64,000 nt of DNA from Azolla caroliniana (lineage: Eukaryota; Plantae; Polypodiophyta). The stretch is from the NCBI GenBank assembly GCA_043228905.1, contig JBHGNT010000010.1, forward strand, positions 3,906,001 through 3,970,000, written 5' to 3'. Shown piece by piece: positions 21,911 through 34,540 of the stretch (the first letter of the stretch is position 1; each line of letters begins with the position of its first letter). The translations under genes were made by a program, and so were the position numbers. Under the pieces are notes generated by a model that saw only the letters and a list, made by a program, of their open reading frames with translations, ran no database searches and was not told the origin of the DNA.

Positions 21911-24900
21911 TCGACACTTCTTGGTCCACACAATCGGCTCATCCCTGTTTTCGACTGTTGGCTGTCTCCGAGCAGTCAGCTCCTCCCACTGGAGGGACAT
22001 ATTCCTAACAAACTCCCCCTTCACTCCTGTGGGGAGGAGTACGTTATTCCCGTCCTCTGTCGACAGACTCCGAGTCAGTCCATCGGTAGGTTCTTTGTCA
22101 GCATGTCGGATCCATTGTCGTCAGTATGGATCTTCATGAGGGTAAACTCTCCTTCTTCGACTTTCTCCCACAACCAGTGATACCTTTTCTGTATGTGCTT
22201 CGTCCGGGAGTGGTATGCAACATTCTTGGCTAGGTGTGTGGCACTCTGGCTATCACAATGAAGCAAGAAATCCCTTTGCTTCATCGCCAATTCACTGAGA
22301 AAGTTTCTCATCCAAATTAGCTCCTTGCCAGCCTCAATCGCTGCCATGTACTATGCCTCTGTGGTCGACAAGGCCACAGACTTTTGCAGTTGTGACTGCC
22401 ACGACACTGGTCCCCCTGCATAGGTCATCACGTGCCCTGACGTGGATCGACTTGAGTCTACATCCCCTGACATGTCCAAGTCGGTAAACCCTTCGAGCAT
22501 GGGTTTTCCAACACCATACTTAAGACACGCACCCGAGGTGCCTTTCAAGTACCTGAGTATCCATATCACCGCTGCCTAGTGTTCTCGTCCTGCATTACTC
22601 ATGTATCGGCTTACTATTCCCACCACAAAAGCTATGTCTAGTCTTGTGCAAACCATAGCATACATTAGACTACTAACGACTGAGGCATATGGTACTTTCC
22701 TCATCTCAACCTTTTCTTTCTCCCCTCTCGGGCATTGCTTTGCATTTAAGTTGCAGTTAGTCGATAACATAGAGACGACCAACTTTGCTTCCAACATGTT
22801 GAATCTTACGAGGATCTTAGTCACGTATTTCTCTTGTGACAACCACAACACTTTCTTAGGGACAAGACCAGACAACAAAAGCTATCTTGAACTATGTGCA
22901 TCCCTAAGATCTGTTTCGTCGGTCCAAGATCTTTCATGGCAAACGATTTGCCTAGAGCGTTCTTCAAGCTTCCGATCTTTCTTGTATCTTGGCCGACTAT
23001 CAACATGTCATCTACATATAATAAGAGAATCAAGAAGTCACCTTCATCGTACCTTTTGACGAACACATAGTGATCCGCCTGTGTTTTCTAGAACCCATGT
23101 TCCACCATGAAGGATTTAAACTTCTTGTACCACCGATGTGGAGCTTGTTTCAGACCATACAAGCTTTTCTTCAGTCGACACACCATGTTCTCTTTCCCTT
23201 TCTCCTCAAAGCCTTTGGACTACTGCATGTAGATTTCTTCATCTAGCTCCCCATGCAAGAATGCCATCTTCACCTCCAACTATTCGATCTCCAGATGCAT
23301 ATTGGCAGATATGCTCAGAACAATTCTAATGGATGTCATCTTCAGAACAGTTCTAATGGAGCGAATATTTCGTCAAAGTCGACGCCCTTTTTCTGTTGGA
23401 AACCCTTCACCACAATGCGGGCTTTATACCTAGGTGCACTGTCGACTTCTCCAGTCTTCACGTTGTAGACCCATTTATTCCTGAGTGCTCTCTTACCTTT
23501 TGGTAGTTCTACTATGTCATAGGTGTAGTTCTCATGCAGGGAGTTCACCTCATCCTGCATTGCGCTCAACCATTTTTCTCTGTGCTTGTCGGCATTGGCT
23601 TCTTCATAGCACTCAGGTTCACCTTCATCAGTCAAGAGGATGTATTGACTGACATACGTCATCGGTGCTCTCCTTTCTTTGAGTGGGTATCTCCTTCCAC
23701 TCATTGTTGGCCCTTGTTTGGATGTCTCTGCCAACTCTTCTCTCGGTTCATTCATGTCAATCGGTTGTCGGATGTCCACTGACTCCGATTCGTATTCATT
23801 GATCAACTTTAACAGCTCTGCCGACTCAAACTCATAGTTGGTCAGTCTCTCTGAGTCGACCGACTCGGATTCGGCTGTGCTGAATGGCTGTCTCTGAACA
23901 ACCGATTGTGTTAGTTCACTTGGCCTTAAGTTGGTGGTAGTGGGAGTCGATTCCGACTTCTGTTGCTTCCAGTCCTCAATCGTCTTGTCTTCCAAGAAGA
24001 CTACGTCCTGACTTCTCACCACCTTTTTGTCGACTAGGTCCCATAGCCTATAGCCGAACTCATCTTCTGAGTATCCCATGAATATGCATGGTTTCGACTT
24101 ACTGTCGAGCTTTGACCTCTGATCCTTAGCTACATGCATATAGGCCAGACATTCGAACACCCTCAAGTGTCGGTAGGAGACATCATTTCCTGCTCACACC
24201 CTTTGTGGGACATCACCTCTCAACGGTACTAAGGGAGACCTGTTGATAAGATAAACAACTGTGTACATCGCCTCAACCCATTATATTTTCGGCAGTTTAG
24301 CATGCGACAACATGCTCCTTACTCTCTCCATGATTGTTCGATTCATCCTCTCTACAAGTCCGTTCAACTCAGGGATCTTCGGTATTGTGTATTTGATTCG
24401 AATACCTTGGGTCTTGCAGTATTCCTCGAACTGTCCTTTATATTCACCCCCATTGTCAGTTCGGACAACCGTCAACTTCCAACTTGACTCCCATTCGGCT
24501 CTTGCCTAGAACTCCTTGAAGAATGACAATACTTGATATTTTGACTTTAGTTCGAAAGCCCACAACTTCCAACTATAATCATCGATGAAAGTCACAAAAT
24601 ATTGTCCGCCTTGATGCGACGGAGCATCTACATAACACACATCCGTGTGTACTAGTTCCAGTACAGATTCTCTTCTTCTTGGTGGTCTTGTGTGGAATGT
24701 TGCTCTGTTTTGCTTTCCGACTAAGTAGTCGACACACTTCTCCAGGTGCACTCCCTTGACCTCTGGCAAAAGCTTCTGGTCGGCCAACAAATGCATTCCC
24801 TTCTCACTCGTGTGTCCTAGCCTCTTATGTCATATCTGTCCTGCCAAGTCGGCTGCCACATTCACTTCAGACTTGCACAATCAGGCTTGCATCATATATA

Positions 24901-26789
24901 GTGTGCCTTCTTTTTGTGCTCAGGCCACTATAAGATTTCCTCGACAGAACTTCCATTTCCCATTTCTGAAGCTACCACTGTAGCCTTCGTCGTCCAATCT
25001 TCCAGTCAATATCAGATTCAGTCTGATATCGGGGACACGTCGAACATCCTTTAGAGTCAATCGACACCCTGTCGACGTCGTCAAACAAACACTTCCCACT
25101 CCGACTATCTGGCACTCCCCACTATCACCTATCTTTACACAACCATGATCACCGGCTATGTAAGTCGAGAAATACTATCTCGATGGAGTTATGTGGAAAG
25201 ATGCACCGGAATTGATCACCCAAGTGCATTCTTCGGTTGCAAGATTTGCACTTGTCTATTCACAAATAAACAAAAGTTCTTCATTGCTCGTAGCAATGAC
25301 TGAAGTGTTCTTTTCTTCAGAAGACTTCCTGGGTTTGACATTATTACCGACACTCTTTTCTTTCTTGAGATGTCGGCAGTCCTTCTAGAAGTGTCCAGGT
25401 TTTCCACAATAAAAGCACATGAGCTTACCTCTGAACTTCGACTTGACTTGTGACTTTTCTCTCCTTGGTGGACTCCTTTGCCGGTGTGTTGAGTCAAATT
25501 TGACTCCGACTGTATTAGGACACCCTTGTCCTTCCTTCTCGCTTCCTCAATCAGGATGCTTGTCTTCACAACTTGTAAAGACAAGTTCTCTTCTTGACAG
25601 GAGGTGTTGAGAGTAACCACCAGGTTCTCCCAGCTATTCGGCAATGTGCACATCAATAGGATGGCCTGCATCGCATCATCAAGAGGAAACTTGGTTGCGA
25701 CAAGTTCATTCACATACCCTGTGAAGGTGCGGATGTGTTCGACGATTCTCTCACCGTCTCTATATTTCAGCCGTATGATCTTTCTCATCAGTGAGGTTTT
25801 ATTGAGGGCGTTCTTCCTCTCATATAGACATGACAGCTTCTGCTACATCTCGTGGGCATTTGTGTTGTTCGCCACATGCTGAAGGACACTTACATCAACG
25901 CATTGTCGGATGGTGACCATCGCCCTTCTATTAAAAAGTTTCCATTCCGATTCTAATACCCCCTTGGGTATTTCTGCTTTGTCGATCGGCTCGTATAGGT
26001 CTTTGACTATGAGAAAGTCCTCCATCTTTATCTTCTAGTCTGCATAGTTCTAAGAGTTTAGAACTATCATTCTTGGGAAGCCACTCACACCTCCTTCCAT
26101 GCTTGCACTCAAGCTCTGATACCAGTTTGTTGAAAAAAGGAATCATTAACTCACAAGAAGAATACGTTGAAATACACAATACACACGAAAACAGCAAATG
26201 CACAGTACACAATGATTTACGTGGAAACCCTAAAACGGGAAAAAACCACGGGAACTTCACTATACAATGGATATACACAGGAGAATATTACAAAACTCTC
26301 TGTGAAGTGTATCAGCCTCACAGGGCTCTTGGTACCTGGTGTTACGAACACACAACTATGGCGCCACTCACTCTCTACAATGTGTCATCCACATACATTG
26401 TTTGCCCTAGGTGTATCCTTACTAATACACAGTATTGGCTATTTACAAATGTATCCCCTACTATACATCACTACTAGTATTATCTATAATAATAAGTAGC
26501 CATCAACCGACTCTAATGTCGACTGTCCAATCGGTCTGGTCATCGACCATCCGGTCGGGGGCCGACTAATTGGTCTTGTCTTCGACCTGGATCTCCTTTC
26601 TGTCAACTCACCCAGTTGACTTTCTCACAATCGACTCTTCAACCATCGGCACTCGGCTTGAACAGTTGGCTCCTCCTAGTCTTTGATTGTCGGCACTTAT
26701 TGGTCCACACAGTCGGCTCCTCCATGTCTTCGACTATTGGTTCCCTCCAAGCAATCAACTACTCCCAATGGAGGGACATATTCCTAACA
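21911..26789 (-). mobile_element. Ty1/Copia element 1 (Tnt1/Tork-like), pseudogenised; 3' LTR split
   Basis: 5' LTR 26128-26789, PBS TGGTATCAGAGC (26113-26124), gag ATG at 26100, zinc knuckle, protease (INSGASFH), IN (RTDNGGEY), RT (LLYVDD), RNase H, PPT GGAGTGAAGGGGGAG. The 3' LTR starts at 22010 but only 100 bp remain here. Many stops and frameshifts. Confidence 0.93.
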
Positions 26790-28484
26790 GAAAGTTTTCT
26801 TAGGGATATCTGACGAGCTTGGGCAAAATTCCTATCCATGAAGCAAGAGTTGGCTCCAGAATCTAAGAGTGCTAAGACATGTACTGGAGGAGTACTTTTA
26901 GTACTAACCATTACTTGAGCTAAGAACGCATTGCTAACTTGCTTAGAGGGAATGGAACCACTAATGGGCTACACAGAGCTAGGGTTGTCCAACCAAACAG
27001 CTCCTATTTTGGCTGGACTTAGTCGTTTAACTCTTCTTCTAATTGACTAAGGACTTCAAATTTGTTCAATAGATTTGGGTTATTAGTACTATTAGGACTA
27101 TCAGGAATTTCTAATGAAATAGACTCATGTTTAGTACAAGTTACTACTCGATTTACCTATTTTCTTGGCCTATGTGAACAGTTTATTGCGATATGCCCTG
27201 GCCCTTCGCAATAGAGACATAATCAATTTGCTCGTTGCTTTTCTTCTTCCAACAATGGACCACGACGACGTGTAGTGTCGATTTCCATAGGTGTTGGAGT
27301 ATTTGCCGGAGATGCATTGTATGAATTCCTTGCAAATGGTTTTGCTGTGACCGAGGCATATGTGGGCTTTGACATGGTCCTTGGCATTTGTAATTGGCGT
27401 TCCGAATGTCGCTCGAAAAGCCGGTTATCGCATCTTACCGCTCGACTGATTGCCTCTGTGAGCAATTTTGGTTCTTCAGGGAAAGTCAGGAATAAGCCTT
27501 TGACATAATTTCGTAGGTCATATCGAAATTGTTCCATTAATGCTTAATCATCCCAAGGGATATCAGAGGTGAGTAGACGGAACTCTGTAGCGTATGCGGA
27601 GGCTGGACGATCACCTTGACGTAATCGTCGGATTTTGTTGATTCCCGTCCTTATGCTATCAGTATCTCCAAAACAAGCTTTAAACTCACTTATAAACTCC
27701 TTAAAATTATTTAGTAATGGAGATTCCTTTTCTAACAACGGAGCAAACCATGCCAAAGTTGAGCCACTTAGCAACGTGCCTACTAGACCCACTCGTGATG
27801 CATCGGTGGGATATCAGGAAGGATGCATTTGAATGACTAATTGTACCTGATTAAGGAATTCTCTGAATTGTGATCGCATTCCATTGAATTTCATAGGAAG
27901 GCCGATCTTGGGTTCTTTATGAATCCCTTGCGTACTTGGTCCTTGTTGTTACAACACTACAATGGTTGCTTCAAGTTTTGCACGCGTAATGCTAGTTCCC
28001 CATGTTGTTGTTGCGTTTGCTGCTTTTCTAAGGAGATTTGTTGAAGATCCCCCAACAACCATTGATTTTCTTGTTCCAATGCGAGAAACTTCTCTTTCAA
28101 GCATTGCAACTCTGAGAAAATGGGTTGATATTCTTGAGCGCTAATAGTTGCCATAGTATTTGAGAAAGGTGGGGTAAGTAAGAAGATAGAAGGAAGGAAA
28201 TTTTGGTTCAAACGGTTAGGAATAGTAATAAAACAGAGAGGGAATTAGTACTAAAAGATGAGGATTAGTACTAAGAGGGGTGTAGAACTCTTGAGAGAAG
28301 GAGAGAGAGAGAGGGAGAGGGAGAGGGAGAGGGAGAGGGAGAGGGAGAGGGAGAGGGAGAGGGAGGGAGGGAGGGAGGGAGAGAGAGAGGGAGAGAGAGA
28401 GGGAGAGGGAGAGAGAGAGGGAGAGGGAGCGGGAGAGGGAGAGGGAGGGAGGGAGGGAGAGAGGGAGGGAGAGAGAGAGAGAGG

Positions 28485-28522
<38 letters not shown>

Positions 28523-28791
28523 TGATAACAAAAGATATATATATTATATGAAGAGAATATACATGAATAGCTAGGAGGCTTAAGACTAGCGTTGAACTGA
28601 TTTGGTTCTCAATAATGCCATGTGCCTCTTTTTATAGTGGCTTAGGAATACTCTTCACATTTCTGGAATGTTCTAGAGAAATCTAGAATATACATGGATT
28701 TCCTAAGTGAATTGCGTATTCCACTTGTAGATTCTTCTTGAAAATATCCAAATATACCTTGTCTAGAAAAATTGGATGGACTAGTATCACA
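26790..28791 (-). mobile_element. 5' part of a Tcn1-like Ty3/Gypsy element (LTR, gag, protease), interrupted by Copia 1
   Basis: LTR ~28214-28791 containing a GA microsatellite. PEG10/Tcn1-type gag (LPMKFNG..YPTD.SRVGLVGTLLSG..AWF..LRQG..PMEID..LCLYC..GH) and protease ALLDSGANSCFMD at ~26830-26880. Confidence 0.85.
28288..28517. repeat. GA/GGA-rich microsatellite inside the LTR
   Basis: (GA)n and (GAGAGG)n run; the equivalent (CT)n run is at 49574-49682. Confidence 0.95.
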
Positions 28792-29060
28792 TGTTCCACA
28801 ACTTGATTAGAAGTTGCAAAATTAAAAAAACATGATAGGTCTCCCAGTGGAGAACATTTGAAATTCACTTAAGTTTGGATGTGTTGATATGTTAATGCCA
28901 TTATAATAAAGTTCAACAATGGCTCAATATCACACTATTGTGCGACATGGCAAACACTCAGATAAACACTTATATTTTTTTGGTAAGTTTTGGAAAAATA
29001 TGAGGTGTACTTGTAACCATACTAATAAAATGAGTTATAATTTATACTTTGACCCATAAT

Positions 29061-29340
29061 CGTATGTGTATAATTATGGACAATGTAAGATAGTGAACTT
29101 TAGGATAATGTGATTGAAATAACAAACTTATTAAGGCTTTCAATACTTGTATTTAAAGTTGATCTAATCTATTCCTTAGGTGATTCATATGGGATCAAAC
29201 CGTATGTATATAATTGTGGACAATGTAAGATAGTGAACTTTAGGATAATGTGATTGAAATAACAAACCTATTAAGGCTTTCAATACTTGTATTTAAAGTT
29301 GATCTAATCTATTCCTTAGGTGATTCACATGGGATCAAAC
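29061..29340. repeat. 140-bp tandem duplication
   Basis: cgtatg..ggacaatgtaagatagtgaactttagg..gggatcaaac occurs at 29061 and 29201. Confidence 0.95.
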
Positions 29341-31417
29341 TCCGAAGGATAACGCGGTTGTAACTACAAGCGTATAAAACATGTGGATATTGCTGAGAGG
29401 TGTGCTCCAAGGTCGTGCAACTAATGGGACAACGTGGCATCGACCATTATCAACACAATACACAATGTAAGCAGCAATGGAAGACAAACATAATAGTTTG
29501 ATGATTAAGAACACACTACACATTATAGGTAGCAATAGAAGACAAAGATCCATAATATATGGATTGTTATATATTAGACACAGTATGACGGTCTCAACAA
29601 TTGATCTCAATTAACGACATGAACAGTCATGATGACAATTCTATGGGCATATTATGTTTAGGTAAAGTTTGACCGAAATTAGCCTTAAGGTAAACTAATT
29701 CATGTTTCTCCATATTTACAATCAGCAATAGATGCGGTGAAACCGATGTCATAAGTCAACAAACCAAGTATATAGGAATAAAATTGAAACATATAGAAGA
29801 ATGTAAACAATGGAGTACATCAAGTAGAACCCAAAATTTGTATTAGTACTTTGAATTCATAAGTTTACACTTCATCAACAAAACAGTCTATAACATAGCA
29901 ATCAAATCATCAACATCATTATCTTCTTCATCCCTTATAGAAGTCTCTTCAGCTATATGTGCATCGTCTTCCCCTGTTAGCTGAGCCACCATAAGATCTT
30001 CTATAAGCTCATCATCAAGCTCAATTAGCTCCCCTGGTTCCCAACCAACGAAGGAATAGGCTCTCGTGAAGCCGGTTGAAACCTTTCTGTATCAACGATG
30101 TGCTTTGCACCAACCTCCTCGTCCTGGTCTGGGCATTCCCACAAGGCCTTAATCCTCATATTTATAAATACAACCTGCTCCTCGTCCTTCTCCAATGCTA
30201 CAGTGTTTCTGAAGAACTTCAATGCACATGTAGACGTTGTCCCTGTAAAGAAAGTGACAAGAAGATTTTAGTTTTCAAACAATAAGAATCAGTATTGATT
30301 ATCTCAACAATGTAAACCTAGTTCGAGGAATACCTGTGCCAGAAAACAAGCCTAATATCCAATCTCCTTGTACAGAGAACATTTCGATCAGGCGCATCAT
30401 AAGACGTTGAGGTTTTTGGTATGGGTTGACAAGTCCCCGTTCTGTCGTGGTGACCAAGCAAGGTTCTCGATGCCGTGGCAATGAGATCTTAATGCTTGAG
30501 CTACCGAGTACCCTTGGTCCATACTATGAAACACATCTATCCTCCACAAGGATGCAGTTGTCAGCTCCGCAAAATCCTTGACCATTTTCTCTAATTGTTT
30601 GAACCTAAAAGGTTCATCATCGTATGATGACCCAACCATTTGAAATCCATATGGAATATCTGCAATCAGTAGTGTATATTCTTTCTTTGGCACTTTCTAG
30701 ATCATCTCAACGACATCGCCACAAATCACATTGTAGTAGAGATATTTGGTAATGTCTTTCTTGTGGCTAAATTTTTTGAAAGAACCATCTTCTTCCGTTT
30801 CATATGCCTTGACTAAACGTTGATCCTTTTCTTTTCTAGCTCTCTCGAGATGTGCAAGGAAGGATGTTGGGAAGTCGTGTATATCCTTGACTTCTCCTGG
30901 TTTCTTGCCACAACACAGTTTCTAATAGAGGCAATAAGACATCGAGTATTAATACACAACCTCTATATATGAAAAAAACTTTATTAAAAAGACTAATACT
31001 AACCCAATCGTTGAATGCAATAAAATACTCAGATAACGCCTTATATGAAGACATCAGAGGGTAATCCTCGATCACTTGTTCCCAAGTTATACATCCAAGT
31101 TGTTTTATCATAACTTCTTGGATCTTCATATACACCTTATGACTGTGAAATCACAAATAGAGATTAGAACTTTATATAAAACCATATTTGTTTCATTTAA
31201 CTATTTGAGAAGACTTACTTATTGAACTCAATGACCATTTCTTCGAGGCTTAATTCTTTCGCCACAACCCTTGAAAAGACAAACACCAGAAGCTGCTCCT
31301 CCTTAATGCCTTGCATTACTCTCCACAGAGACAACTTCATGTCGTCGGCCACATAGTCAAGTCAATTTTCTTCGTCGCTTGTGACTTTAACTCAAGCTGG
31401 TGGTCTACCTTACATTT

Positions 31418-33639
31418 CTTTTGTTGTTGACCCTTGACCTCCTTATTCTCCCACATTGAAAAAATTTGATCTTGTAGGTCCCACACTTCTCCATCTCTAA
31501 AATCAAGTTGAAACAATGACTCGTATTTACGAAGAACATCCGACTTAACATTATCATCCACCACAATGCCGACCTCATGAAGGCATTGACGTCGTAGTCC
31601 GGGGTGTAGCTTTACACCGAACTTTTGTTTGACGTCCAAGTACTCATGGTGGAAGAACCTTATCCGTTCGATGGATGACATTTTTTGCCGGTAGTCGTTG
31701 TCATTGTTGTGGTCCCATTCCAAGAGCTTTGCCTCTTCAGTTGTGAGGCCCATGTATATTTTGCACTCGGCATACTTGAAGAAGAAGGTGGTTGGGTGCT
31801 CTCTTACAAGTTGTCGTCGTTCTTCAACCGAATGTGATCCACCAGTTACAAAGTAATTGTATTGATCATGCTTTCTCACGTCAAAGTCGTCAATTGTGGA
31901 ACACTCTTCAGGATCCACCATTATAATAAACGGTACAACTATAGCATGTGGATTTATTTTCATTTTTTTCTTGAGATTTTGAACATGCATTCGATGTGGC
32001 TCTCTAATCTCAAGTGGTCTTCGTCCTATTTTCACATCTATTGGTGGCCTATGAATGTGTGGTATAGGCAAATTGAAGACTTGCCCTTTTCTCACTAGTT
32101 TCAACTGCATTAACTCTCTACGAACCTTATTCTGCTCAGATGTCAAGACACCGGCTCAACACCTGGTGTCACTCTAGTTTCCTCATCTTCAGTTGAGCTT
32201 GATGATTTGGAGTCTAACATATTTGTGATCTTTTTCTTTCCCGGTCTCGATTGCACCTTAGAGGCTTTTTTGGGGGCCTTTACCAGGGATGGTGAGGCAT
32301 CCCTTAGGGTTATGTGGCCTTGTATATATGGTCTTAAATTTAGATTTTGTGAACTCTCAAGATCGAGTTTAAAAGATTCCACAAGACTTCTTGACAAGCC
32401 GATCATCCGAGAGATAGACTTTACGTACTCCCTTAGAGCATTCTATTATGACAAGAATGTTGAGGGAATCAGAATCTTCATAATCAAGGTGTAAAATACG
32501 AAAGGGTGACGGTGAGCTTGAAAAAGACACAACCTTTATGTATGGTCATATATTACGCCTTGACTATGAAGATTATGATTCCCTCAACATTCTTGTCATG
32601 ATAGACTGCTCTAAGGGAGTACGTAAAGTGTATCTCTCGGAAGATCAGCTTCTCAAGAAGTCTTGTGGGCATGAATCTTTTAAACTCGATCTTGAGAGTT
32701 CACAAAATCTAATTGTAATGTTAAGACCATATATACAAGGCCACATAACTCTAAGGGATGCCTCGCCATCCCCGGTAAAGGCCCCCAAAAAAGCCTCTAA
32801 GGTGCAATCGAGACCGGGAAAGAAAAAGATCACAAATATGTTAGACTCCAAATCATCAAGCTCAACTGAAGATGAGGAAACTAGAGTGACACCAGGTGTT
32901 GAGCCGGTGTCTTGACATCTGAGCAGAATAAGGTTCGTAGAGAGTTAATGCAGTTGAAACTAGTGAGAAAAGGGCAAGTCTTCAATTTGCCTATACCACA
33001 CATTCATAGCCCACCAGTAGATGTGAAAACAGGACGAAGACCACTTGAGATTAGAGAGCCACATCGAATGCATGTTCAAAATCTCAAGAAAAAAATGAAA
33101 ATAAATCCACATGCTATAGTTGTATCATTTATTGTAATGGTGGATCCTAAAGAGTGTTCCACAATTGACAACTTTGACATGAGAAAGCATGATCAATACA
33201 ATTACTTTGTAATTGGTGGATCACATTCGGTTGAAGCACGACTGCAACTTGTAAGAGAGCACCCAACCACTTTCTTCTTCAAGTATGCCGAGTGCAAAAT
33301 ATATGTGGGCCTCACAACTGAAGAGGCAAAGCTCTTGGAATGGGACCAATAAATGACAACGACTACCAGCAAAAAATGTCATCCATCGAACGGATAAGGT
33401 TCTTCCACCATGAGTACTTGGACGTCAAACAAAAGTTTGATGTAAAGCTACACCCCGGACTACAACGTCAATGCCTTCATGAGGTCGGCATTGTGGTGGA
33501 TGATAATGTTAAGTCGGATGGTCTTCGCAAATACGAGTCATGGTTTCAACTTGCTTTTAGAGATGGAGAAGTGTGGGACCTACAAGATCAAATTTTTTCA
33601 ATGTGGGAGAATAAGGAGGTCAAGGGTCAACGACAAAAG
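31418..33639. repeat. Fold-back inverted duplication: arms 31418-32498 and 32549-33639, 50-bp spacer
   Basis: Mirror ORFs MTSEQNKVRRELMQ.. at 32146(-) and 32912(+); the arms are roughly 95% identical by eye. Confidence 0.96.
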
Positions 33640-33668
33640 TTCTTGTTTATAGCCCTACTTGAATCAAG

Positions 33669-33794
33669 AACTCGATACGGTGAATCGACTTTATGTTTTA
33701 AAAGGTTTCCCTAAACATAAACTCGATACATCGTATCGAGTTCTTGATTATAATAGAGGCTTTTAAACAAGAACTCGATACGGTGTATCAAATT
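33669..33794. repeat. Three phased palindromes AACTCGATAC-N3-GTATCGAGTT
   Basis: Copies start at 33669, 33720 (perfect) and 33772; spacing is 51 and 52 bp. Confidence 0.85.
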
Positions 33795-34037
33795 CCTGTT
33801 TGAATCAGAGTTTAGGTGTGTTTATAGATGGCTTGAAAAGTAAAAAATACAACAGTGTCCATACAGTCTGTTGCTTACCTGGAGTCCGTGCGTTCGAACT
33901 TCTTCAAAGACATGATTTTCGGGCTCGGTGTTGTCAAGGAGATCTTCGGTTGTTATTGCATTTGTGTAGCTTTGCGTGCTCTTAGCTCTGTGTGCTCTTG
34001 ATTGCGCGTGTGAGATCTACAAATGAGGAGGTCTTCC

Positions 34038-34045
34038 TATTTATA
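34038..34045 (-). promoter_or_regulatory. Putative TATA box of the ParB-MTase gene
   Basis: CCCTATAAATAGG on the minus strand, about 125 bp upstream of ATG 33913, which opens a short exon ending AG/GTAAG. Confidence 0.55.
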
Positions 34046-34195
34046 GGGCTTGACCATCGTGGTTACAGTGACTGTGGTTAGTCTAACCATAGTTGGTTAC
34101 CTACAAGTTAGTTAGTTAGACTTTAGTACACTTTGTACATGAATGAATTAGTACAATTTGGTTACTAGTACAATTATCATAGCTCCTAGATGTTG

Positions 34196-34540
34196 ATGAA
34201 TGAACCAATGATTGAGTATTGAAACCAACATATTTATGACTCAATATGATGTTCATGAATGAACCAATGATTGAATACTCAAACCAACATATTTATGACT
34301 CTCTAATGTTTTTGATTAAATATGATGGCATGAATAAACCAATGATTGAATACTCAAACCAACATATTTATGACTATCTAATGTTTTTTATTAAATATGA
34401 TATTCATGAATGAACTAATGATTGAATACTCAAACCAACATATTTATGAATCTCTAATGTTTGTTATTAAATATTATGGCCATGAATGAACCAATGATTA
34501 AATACTTAAACCAACATACATATGACTCTCTAATGATTGT
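34196..34540. repeat. ~75-bp minisatellite, about 5 copies
   Basis: Unit atgaatgaaccaatgattgaatactcaaaccaacatatttatgactctctaatg.. Confidence 0.9.

Larger units (their letters stand above)
29888..33913 (-). pseudogene. Spliced gene for a ParB/Srx-like domain fused to a beta-class N6-adenine/N4-cytosine DNA methyltransferase (probable transposon cargo; this copy is disabled)
   Basis: Exons approximately 33913-33879, 32498-31219, 31142-31004, 30921-30334 and 30242-29888, with GT-AG introns. ParB-like: LEIREPHRMHVQNLKKKM..PFIIMV..YFV(I/T)GGSHSVEA. MTase: NVICGDVVEMI*KVPKKEYTLLIADIPYG (DIPY 30649-30660), NPYQKPQRLMMRLIEMFSVQGDWILGLFSGTG/TTSTCALKFFRNTVALEKDEEQVVFINMRI. In-frame TAG at 30697-30699 plus frameshifts. 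Confidence 0.85.

Noticed and set aside
28258-28551. ER/EG-rich and SL/SP-rich ORFs (also 49541-49726)
   Set aside because: These are translations of GA microsatellites within LTRs.
29888-33913. Bacterial or phage contamination as the source of the MTase
   Set aside because: The gene has spliceosomal introns and a TATA box and is interleaved with plant retrotransposons.
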